From Octopus sinensis (taxonomy: Eukaryota), in the NCBI RefSeq assembly GCF_006345805.1, contig NC_042999.1, positions 25,792,001 to 25,856,000 on the forward strand: DNA of 64,000 nt. The letters are read 5' to 3'. Position numbers and translations under genes: made by a program. Below are positions 54,299 to 64,000 of this stretch, piece after piece. The notes below the pieces were generated by a model. That model had not been told where the DNA came from. It searched no databases and saw only the letters and a program-made list of their open reading frames with translations. Every line of letters begins with the position of its first letter. Position 1 is the first letter of the stretch.

Positions 54299-54763
54299 AA
54301 GCAATAAAGGGTTTAGCAACGAATTGCCTTACCACATACCGAATTTAGAAATAGCAGTCAAAGAGTTATAGCTATTTCTTCTACTAAAAGGGAGATCTCA
54401 GTAAAAACAGCAATTGGAAGGCAGACACAAACAGGTAAGAGAGAATGAATTGACGGCAATCTATCATACATTTTAAAGTTATCTACGGACGTACGTTTCG
54501 AAATCAAGTTTTTAGGAAAGCATAAGAATTTAATTCTTATGCTTTCCTAAAAACTTGATTTCGAAACGTACGTCCGTAGATAACTTTAAAATGTATGATA
54601 GATTGCCGTCAATTCATTCTCTCTTACCTGTTTGTGTCTGCCTACCAATTGCTGTTTTTACTGAGATCTCCCTTTTTAGTAGAAGAAATAGCTATAACTC
54701 TTTGACTGCTATTTCTAAATTCGGTATGTGGTAAGGCAATTCGTTGCTAAACCTTTATTGCTT
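54299..54763. repeat. 465-bp palindrome with a 1-nt spacer, built from PLE-like terminal repeat
   Basis: Arms 54299-54530 and 54532-54763 differ at about three positions. Each carries GAAAC-GTAC-GTC (hammerhead 3' half). Confidence 0.9.
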
Positions 54764-54808
54764 TGTATATATATATATATTGCTTTGTATATATATATAT
54801 ATATATAT

Positions 54809-54847
<39 letters not shown>

Positions 54848-54860
54848 CATACATATAAGC

Positions 54861-54959
<99 letters not shown>

Positions 54960-54981
54960 TTATATGCATATATATACATAC

Positions 54982-55038
<57 letters not shown>

Positions 55039-55062
55039 TATATATATATTTTTTATATATAT

Positions 55063-55107
<45 letters not shown>

Positions 55108-55155
55108 TATATATGTATATATATATACACACATGTATATATGCATATATATATG

Positions 55156-55199
<44 letters not shown>

Positions 55200-55774
55200 A
55201 TACATTTGTATGTGCGTGTGTTTAGAAATCGAGCGTATTGTCTTATTAATATCGTTTTGCTGGGAAAAAAAATATGTTTAAATATTTAAATGTGCTTTAC
55301 AAATAATTGTCGGAAAGTAAGAAAACAAAAGAAAATGGAGTAGAGAAATCAAATTAAATCAAATATATTTGTATATCCCCAGGTGGAATGTCAGTGATCT
55401 TCGAGTTCTTTGGATTCTATTGTTTTTGTAAATATGCAGCAGAGAGATGTATTTTTCATCTTTTCTTCTCTCTTAAGACTGATATTTCATTCCTTTGCTT
55501 GTTTTACAGCAACATTGTAGGAAATACAATAAATAATGCAGAAGAGTATTGAAAAAAAAAGAGAATAAGCCATTAAGACAAATATGTAAACGTTGTATTA
55601 TTTATTCATACTTTTCCAAGAAATACTTTCACCTATTAAAATGCAGATATTTATGAATTTTTTGCAATATGAATACACCACTACTGACATTTGACCTTCT
55701 AACTTCATGATTATGGTTTTAGAGTCAAATACAGAATTGAAATATATGTCATGGTAATTTGTGATGTTCTTTTC

Positions 55775-56165
55775 TACTCTAGGCACAAGGCCAGAAAGTT
55801 TTGAGGAGAGGGCCTGTCGATTAGAATCGACCCCAGTACTCAACTGGTACTTAATTTATAGACCCCGAGAGGATGAAAGGGAAAGCTGACCTCGGCGGAA
55901 ATTGAACTCAGAACGTAAAGACCGACGAAATACCTATTTCTTTACTACCCACAGAGGCCTAAACACAGAGAGGACGAACAAGGACAGACAAACGGATTAA
56001 GTCGATTATATCGACCCCAGTGCGTAACTGGTACTTATTTAATCGACCCCGAGAGGATGAAAGGGAAAGCTGACCTCAGCGGAAATTGAACTCAGAACGT
56101 AAAGACAGACGAAATACCGGAGCATTTCTCCCGGAGTGCTAACGTTTCTGCCAGCTCGCCGCCTT
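55775..56165 (-). mobile_element. SINE family B: one head, core repeated twice, two different tails
   Basis: Head ends at 56163. Core 56045-56118 is repeated at 55861-55934. Tail type 1 lies between the cores and tail type 2 ends at ~55775. Confidence 0.85.
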
Positions 56166-56226
56166 GGTAATTTGTGATATTGACAGAGAACCAGATATGA
56201 CTAGGCTATATCTGTTTATCTGTTTA

Positions 56227-56457
56227 AGACGGCGAGCTGGCAGAAACGTTAGCACGCCGGGCGAAATGCGTTGCCGTATTTCGTCTGCCGTTACGTTCTG
56301 TGTTCAAATCCCGCCAAGGTCGACTTTGCCTTTCATCCTTCCGGGGTCGATAAATTAAGTACCAATTACGCACTGGGGTCGATGTAATCGACTTAATCCG
56401 TTTGTCTGTCCCCGTTTGTCTCTTCTGTGTTTAGCCCCTTGTGGGTAGTAAAGAAAT
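56227..56457 (+). mobile_element. Full-length SINE family B (tail type 1)
   Basis: gacggcgagctggcagaaacgttagcacgccgggcgaaatg ... ccccttgtgggtagtaaagaaata. Confidence 0.9.
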
Positions 56458-56865
56458 ATATATCTGTTTATCATCTCTAATGCTTCTAGCAAAAAAAACC
56501 AAAGTTAGTGGGTTAATTCGACCAAGTAATTGATACGTGCTATTTTATTTACCCCCAATTTCTTTTTAATGTAAAGTTGTTCGCAAAAAGATTTGAAAGC
56601 ATAGGGCACAACAATTTGTTGAACTCTGTAGCGATTCTACCAGTTTCCTTGCATCGTGATACTAATAACTGCTTCTACTATAGGCACAATAACTGAAATT
56701 CTGGGGGAGCGGGATAGCCGATCATATCATCCCCAGTGTTAGACTAATACTTATTTCATCGATCCAAAATATTGATTTCGACAGCATTTAAAATATTTGA
56801 ACATAAAGAGCCGGATAAAATACCACTAATCATTTTGTCCAAAAAGCTAAATATTCTGTCATCAC

Positions 56866-56886
56866 GCCTCCTTTAATAATAATAAC

Positions 56887-56942
<56 letters not shown>

Positions 56943-57040
56943 TGATGATGATGATGATGATGATGAAGATGATGATGATGATGATGATGATGATGAGATG
57001 ATGATGATGATGATGATGATGAAGATGATGATGATGATGA

Positions 57041-57076
<36 letters not shown>

Positions 57077-57085
57077 GTAATAATA
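56866..57085. repeat. Compound (AAT)n(GAT)n microsatellite
   Basis: Direct reading. Confidence 0.95.
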
Positions 57086-57464
57086 ATAGATAATCAAGAA
57101 AAATGCTTTCAACATGATGTATCAATACAAGGCGATGATAACGTTTCTCTGAAAGAAATGGAAAAAAAATCTTTCAAAATACAAATACCCGGAAATAGAG
57201 GTAACTCGAAAATGGAGTCTAATAACAGAGACAATTCCCATCATAGTAAGACAAATACATAGCGATATAAAACCAGAACTACGAAGAATATATAACATAC
57301 AGAAAACAGCACTACTAGACAGACACCGGACACGTCCTCCGTAAAACAATTTCAATACAGTAAAAATAAGACCATCCCAACAAACCATAGTACATGCCCA
57401 AGGCACACATAGCTGCGCTCGGTAGAGCAGTGAAAGCACGAGATAAAAATGATTCTACAGAATG

Positions 57465-57465
<1 letters not shown>
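57085..57465 (+). pseudogene. R4/Dong-type LINE 3' end (RLE domain and 3' UTR) running into (AAT)n
   Basis: QEKCFQHDVSIQGDDNVSLKEMEK, SKYKYPEIEVTRKWSLITETIPIIV, IYNIQKTALL..HVLRKTISIQ*. Confidence 0.8.
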
Positions 57466-57525
<60 letters not shown>

Positions 57526-57641
57526 TGATGATGATGATGATGATGATGATGGTGATGATAATAATAATAATAATAATAATAATAATATTAATAATAATAT
57601 TAATAAAATAATAATATTAATAATATTAATAATAATAATAA

Positions 57642-57729
<88 letters not shown>

Positions 57730-57741
57730 TAATAATAATAA

Positions 57742-57772
<31 letters not shown>

Positions 57773-57870
57773 AAGAAGAAGAAGAAGAAGAAGAAGAAGA
57801 AGAAGAAGAAGAAGAAGAAGAAGAAGAAGAAGAAGAAGAAGAAGAAGAAGAAGAAGAAGACGAAGAAGGA
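57460..57870. repeat. Compound (AAT)(GAT)(AAT)(AAG) microsatellite
   Basis: Direct reading. Confidence 0.95.
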
Positions 57871-57949
57871 GAAGAAGAGAAAACCCCTCTCAGAAGTGGC
57901 GCCATACCGAGCACAAACAAAAACAAAGCGAATTACCATAAACGAATAC

Positions 57950-60183
57950 GAAATAGGAGCAAATGAGTCACTCAGTTTAAAATAACCAAACACTTATGCC
58001 GGGAATCATAGCTACCAAAATATGTAGAGGTGATTTTCGATCTATCAGCCTACGATATGATAAATGTATCTATTCGAGGAACAAAGATACGGTGTCAGGT
58101 CAAAAAGTCAACTCTGAAAAACAGACCCGTCTCTTGTTGTCACTCTCAAAGCCTTAATGACAAGCAAAACTTCACGCCAACTTAGTCATCAACCCGGACA
58201 ACATGGACCGCGTTACTCAGTGGAGAAACAGACTGGGGTCAAAAGTCTGCTGCTGGAACAAGCTCTAAAAACGATCTACTAGGTAACCATATCCGGGATA
58301 ACCCTAACCCTAGGCCTGTAGCGACACCACTAACTTAGAGCAAAACGGATAAAATGGAATGGAGAGGATTATAGAGATGTGTTGAAAACTTTCTATACAG
58401 CCCAACCAAATCCAAACAATTACATCATGGTACAGACTTACATTTCATGGAGAAAATTGATAGGCAATGAAGTACGGAGACGTGTAGATAGAAATAAACT
58501 AAGTCATGTCTTAGAGACATCATTAAGAATAAAAGGTTAACTGACGCTGAAATTAGAAACAATTATGACATAAAGACCTCATGGCAGACCAAATCAAAAC
58601 AGCAACAATGCAGTCGAAATAGGTAACAGATGCACCGAACCCAGTGTAGGAGCAATACATCCCAACGAGGAAGCTGAAGAAAGAATAGCGAAAACAGATA
58701 TGCAGAAAAAGACGAGAAAGTAGACCTCCCTGTAGAACACCAGAATAGGTATGACACAGAATACGAGACGAATAATAAAGAGATCATAGAAGCAAAAGAC
58801 AACATCAATAGGGAACCACTGGCAAAGTTCTCAAACAGCATAAAAAATAACATAATCATGATATAACATGCTGTTCTTTGACAGATCTTAAGTAATAAAG
58901 GAAATGACCTAACAACCTTAAATAACCTCATCTATTCCACTGTTAGAGTTGTAACTGTTCAACTAGGTATCATGACGACAGAGAAAAGGACCAGCCATGA
59001 AAATAAATCTCCTAAGTCGAAAGTAGCAACACAAAAAAGAGATCAAATCTCTGCAGGCAGAAGTATGACTTCACGATGAACTTGCCAGAGGCGTAAATGT
59101 TAAGACGAATCGAGCAAGAAAAATAAAGCAAAAATATAAAATTTATAAAATCAAAGATTTTATAAAGCTCCCTGCAACCAAAAAACAATTGAAACAACGA
59201 ATACAACTGAAAACCCAACGGCTTTGAATGTATCACAAAACAATCAAATTTTAACAAAACAGGATATTCAAGATGGATGCAAAGAAATTTTTTAAGGAAA
59301 TTGGCAAAAGTAAGATTGAAGTAAAGGAGCCATACAAGACAGGGGGAATGGCAGAGTTCTGGAAAAAGATACCTAGTGACAAAAAGAATAAAATGCTAAA
59401 ACTGACATGATAGAACATGAGACAGGGAGACTGGATGAAGTTGAAGTGCAGAAATTGAGGGCAAGCGGAATAGAAGGGCTAAGATGTGTTCTTAGGAAGT
59501 CTCACAAATGGAAAACTCCGTTGCCCCATGATAAAAACAGGTGGAAACACAAACCACTCCAGTGTTTGAAAATGATCACATCTCATTCCTCTTGAGCCTC
59601 ACCGTTTCCACAGACAGAAAGGTAGGTGTGAATGGGCCAGACATTATACTGAAGGACTCCAGATAAAAATCATGTCTCCTCATTGATATGACTGTGCTAA
59701 TCGCCATAAATGTATCTGTTAAGACTTACCAAAAATTGAGCAAGTACAAAGATCTTGAAATGAAAATTGGGAAAATGTAGAACCTCAAGACTAAAACAAT
59801 ACCTGTTATCATAAGTGCCCAAGGAATGCTTGCAAAAGGGGTTGATTCCAACCTATATCAGATACCAGGAAACCCCAAAATTGCAGAAATTCAAAAGATA
59901 GTGCTCATAGGAACTGCTCCTAACCTATGTAAAATACTATTTATGTAATCTCAAATTTTAAAACAAATTATAATATTCTATATACTTTATTCTATATAAT
60001 TTATAATATTATTATGTTCTCTTAAACATTCTCTGGAACAAAATTATATGCAAAAGGAAAAATATGACTCCCTAGGCATAACATCAACTTGCACTTCTAA
60101 CTTGTTATCTCTTGAGGTCTCCGGGTGAGACTTGGAGTTAATTTGTACTAATAAAAAGCAAAAGTCAAACATATAATAATAAT
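57950..60183 (+). mobile_element. R4/Dong-type LINE with the RT domain internally deleted
   Basis: N-terminal RDIIKNKRLTDAEI (58513-58554); pre-RT D.KKFFKEIG and FWK; KSHKWKTP joined at ~59520 to HDKNRWKHKP; then PDIILKD...CLLIDMTV...KLSKYKDLE...KTIPVII...IQKIVLIGTA...ILFM*. 3' UTR ends in (TAA)n. Confidence 0.8.
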
Positions 60184-60199
60184 GGTTCCACATTTTTCA

Positions 60200-60395
60200 C
60201 AATAGGGTAACAATATTGTGGGAGGAGATGAGTCGATGATATCGAACCTAGTGTTCAACTGGTACTATTTTATCGATCCCAAAAGCTGAAAGGCATTATC
60301 GACCTCGGCGGAATTTGAACTCAGAACGTAGCGTCGGGCGAAATACCCTAAGCATTTGGCCCGGCGTGCTAACTTTACTGCCAGCTCGCTGCCTC
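60200..60395 (-). mobile_element. SINE family B (tail type 2)
   Basis: atcgacctcggcggaatttgaactcagaacgt...aagcatttggcccggcgtgctaac...gccagctcgctgcct. Confidence 0.8.
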
Positions 60396-60679
60396 TTTAA
60401 GTTTTGGAATTAAGTCTGAAATTTTATGTGTATGAGTAAGTCGAACTGCAGTTCTTGACTGGTGCTTATTTTAATGACCATGAAACAATGAAGGCAACAT
60501 TGATCTTGGTGAATCCGATGTTTTCCATAATTGTTCTTGATTTCGAGACAAGTCCAGCACCTTTTTGAAATTGTGTTTGTCAGTAATGTCAATCCTGAAT
60601 ACTTCAACAGTACTATCTTTTATCGACCTCGGAGGAATGAGATGCGAAGCTGACTTTCGTGATGCACCCACAATTCAAC

Positions 60680-60695
60680 ATGATACTACTACTAC

Positions 60696-60783
<88 letters not shown>

Positions 60784-60834
60784 GTACTACTACTACTACT
60801 ACTACTATTGCCGCTGCTCCTGTTGCTACTACTA

Positions 60835-60866
<32 letters not shown>

Positions 60867-60936
60867 ACCACTACTACTACTACTACTACTACTGCTGCTG
60901 CCACTACTTCTACTACTACTACTACAACCATTGCTG

Positions 60937-61003
<67 letters not shown>

Positions 61004-61022
61004 CACTACCACTACTATTACT
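60680..61022. repeat. Compound (CTA)n/(CTG)n microsatellite
   Basis: Direct reading. Confidence 0.95.
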
Positions 61023-61164
61023 GTTTCGAATTTTGGCAACTCTAGTAAGGAGGTCAGTCATATTGATCTCAATACTAGATCACGAAAGAATGAAAGGCAA
61101 ACCACACCTCAGAGGTATTTGAGATCAGGACATAAAGGACTTTTAGAAATGCTGTGAATAATAT

Positions 61165-61275
61165 TGTCCAGCGCAGAAAAGATTTTGTCTGGCTCTGAAA
61201 CGATTCTGTCCGGTGCGGAAACGATTTTGTCTGGCACGGATATGATTTTGTTTAACCCGGTAACGATTTTACAGC
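61165..61275 (-). repeat. 21-bp degenerate minisatellite (~5 units) encoding a K-I-V-S-x-P-D heptad
   Basis: Units translate KIVTGLN KIISVPD KIVSAPD RIVSEPD KIFSALD within the provided ORF 61109-61450. Confidence 0.7.
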
Positions 61276-62999
61276 TCGCAGGCTCAATAAGATTCTTAAG
61301 AAAAAAAAATGATAGAAGGAAGAAGTAAAAGGAAAAAAAAAAGAAGCAGAAGGGGAAAGAGAAGAATGTGAAGTAGAAGAGGAGTAAGGCGGAATGCATA
61401 TTAAAATATAAACGAAAAATATTTACTGACATGGTGGCTTTGATAATCATCCATATAAAACAACGACGTTGCTAGGCAGTCAAATATGCAGAAGTTACAG
61501 GCTGAAGTAAACTGAGATGTGATAAGTTAAGCTCCGAAACGTAGGGACAGAAATAAATTAATCATTCTCTGGTGTATTCCACATTGGCTGAGAAGTAAAA
61601 GCTAACATTAAGTACGACGTAAAATATAACTGATAGAAAATTATCGAAATAGCAAAACAAGCCCTCAGGAACATAGCCACGAAATTACATAGAATATAAT
61701 CAAGTGCAACTACCAAACTTATTGTGTGCAGCTTGAAGACTGAAATAATACTAGTGGTCACCAAATGTGCAAGGACTCATAAAAAATGGAAAGGGGAATG
61801 TTTAGCAACACTATCAACGGAAGTTCATTCTGTTGGAAACAAACATCATACTACGCAATCGATGAATATAATTCGGTCAAAGATCAACTGGATCCTAGTA
61901 ATTAAACTCACCCAAGTTTGTAGTGCACCTAAGATACACTTTCAGTCTCCAACATGTAAACTATTCCCAGGAACACTTCCATGTGCCTGGAGAAATGCGT
62001 ATACAGTTGGTGGTCTCAAAGCATTGCCTTCACAGCTGGAGAAGTCTATGACCATCGACTTACCAACCAGCCCGCATTGGTTCCGCTTAGTTTAAGGAAA
62101 TGTCAGTGAAGTATATTGACAATACAAGGTCTCTTGATATACAAATGACCACGAGACCTAGTTAAAACACTTGACTACAGGTTAATAAACCGACAACGAC
62201 GACGAGGACGACAACTACAACAACAACATTCATAACTCACATTGATATAACAATCTTTATAATAATTACTGAGAATTAGTAAGAAACAGTTTGCCCAATA
62301 ATTGAATTAATTATTCGTTTAGCATTGATAACGTCTGCTTAGATAGCGAACAATATTGAGATAGGAGAGAACTATGTAACACATTTCGTGTGAGACTAGT
62401 AACAGCAAATGAATATATTACAGAATTGGATACAACTAATTTAATGTAGTTTTTAATGAGGATATTATCAGATCAAGACAGTTCAGTATAAAGTGCATGT
62501 ACACTCCCCACACAAACACTCACATAAACGCTGAAAACATAATCTCTGACATATTCCCGTACATGTAAATATGGAGGTGTTATTTCCGATCTCACATTTA
62601 CTGCTGATTGCAACCACTTGCAAAACGATATAGCGATAAATAAGATAAAGTTGGTTATAATTATATCAACAACATACACAGAAATATTAATAGTTATACA
62701 CTAAGTATTTATATAGATGCATACGCTAATAAACAAATTTCGATTAAGCTATCATATATACTCAAACACATTGTCTGTGCAATGTATCAAGCTGCAGCTA
62801 TAACATATCAACAACAATATATTTTGGTGACGAATTGAACATCTGCGTCCATTATCATGTGCATTCCTTCTGCAATTTATCTCTTGCCCAGTGATGTTTT
62901 TATCTAATCTGTTAAGACATTACTTCTTATACACAATTACAAATATCAGCATTTTCACAAAAGCTAATGAACCAGGAAATCGGAGGCACAAGATATAGT

Positions 63000-63950
63000 T
63001 ACGAAGTGCATCCCAGTAGTTTTTAGAGTATTTGAAGGGAGAGAGTTATAACTGCCTTAGACTATTGCATTTTAGAATATGATTAGTATACATCTAATAA
63101 GGTGACTTGCCAACGCTTTTTTTCCTAAATTACAGATTGAAAGAGACAGCTGTAACAGCAATTACAACGTACATTACTTGTCACATTGCTTGTTACAGGT
63201 GGCAAGTTTTCAAAATTCATTCGAGACGTGAAAACAACTTGGAAGCTCGCTATGACCAAAAACGCTACGAAAGCGTATGAAATACACGAAACTAATTGTA
63301 TGAGCCAAACATCTGTTTATATCGGGCTCAAGAGTCTCCCGGAAGATAAAGAGGAGGTGATGGGCGATAACAGGCGAGAAAACGAGAGGGGCATCAGAAC
63401 ATCAGAGCTTTAGATGAAGACTGTTGGGTGTCTATAAAATAAGTAAGCATACGGTTTGTAGTTAGTGTGGCATATGTATATAGAATTATTCATGATGTTA
63501 CGAACAAATGAGTCCAAAGATATTTGCTAGGGGGCTCAGAGATGAACAAAAAGAAGTAGGCATTGGTGGCAACATAGAAGTGCTGGGGCTCCTTACCTTT
63601 GGCGCACAATGACTTGAGTCTCTGCCGATCAGTACTGGATCTGCTTTTATGATCTAGAGACTAAGAGACAGAGTGCTCAATGGAATCATCCTGGCTCCCC
63701 AAGATCCAAGAAGGACAGGCGAAACTAATCTACCGGGAAACTCATGGTTATCTCCTTTTATCGACAGTAAGGAAATCATTTATATCTATTGGCCAGTCGG
63801 TCAACAAAAATGTCAACAAAGTGCCCAGGAAGATATTTCGTCGCAATAGACCAGAGCTGCATCGCTGGAGCAATACACCAGTCCACAATTCAATCTAGGT
63901 AACCAATTACTTGACAAAGTTTAGCATCAAAACTTCCCTTACACTCCCTA
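63000..63950 (+). pseudogene. Mariner transposase relic
   Basis: KNATKAY..CMSQTSVY (HTH); DQYWICFYDLETKRQSAQW (cf. DESWIYxYDPETKRQSxQW); HPGSPRSKK; DSKEIIY; FRRNRPEL; NTPVHNSI*VTNYLTK (cf. DNAPVHNSxLVxDYL). Frameshifted. The 5' boundary is tentative. Confidence 0.85.
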
Positions 63951-64000
63951 CAGAAAGTGCGAGAGAGTGAATTTGAGAGGGGAGAGGACAAGCGAGGGAG

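Noticed and set aside
58299-58312. taaccctaacccta, telomere-like
   Set aside because: Only about two units, inside the R4/Dong element 5' region; not an interstitial telomere array.

Overview
This is a very AT-rich, microsatellite-saturated eukaryotic window. The SINE families, the cephalopod-type 18S V9 expansion and the composition suggest an octopus (inference). I can identify no host protein-coding gene with confidence; almost all listed ORFs are translations of (TA)n, (CA)n, (ATCT)n or triplet repeats. The recognisable content is mobile DNA: (1) a 5'-truncated, recently inactivated CR1-group LINE with an open RT domain (39130-41325); (2) three R4/Dong-type RLE LINE remnants and an RTE remnant; (3) a Penelope-like (PLE) RT/GIY-YIG fragment; (4) mariner and Tigger transposase relics; (5) two non-autonomous Helitrons; (6) many copies of two tRNA-derived SINE families. 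The most interesting observations are: (a) an 18S rRNA 3'-end/SINE chimera inserted as one unit between perfect 12-bp target-site duplications; (b) a recurring class of (TA)n-flanked fold-back elements built from PLE-like terminal repeats carrying minimal hammerhead ribozyme motifs, one with two intact cores and one family with a CCGAUGA core variant; (c) a ~235-nt multi-hairpin ORF-less element with a hammerhead core, retrozyme-like; (d) a ~1 kb AT-shifted but CpG-retaining LINE relic suggestive of hypermutation. All alignments, counts and folds were done by eye. Coordinates of decayed elements are approximate.
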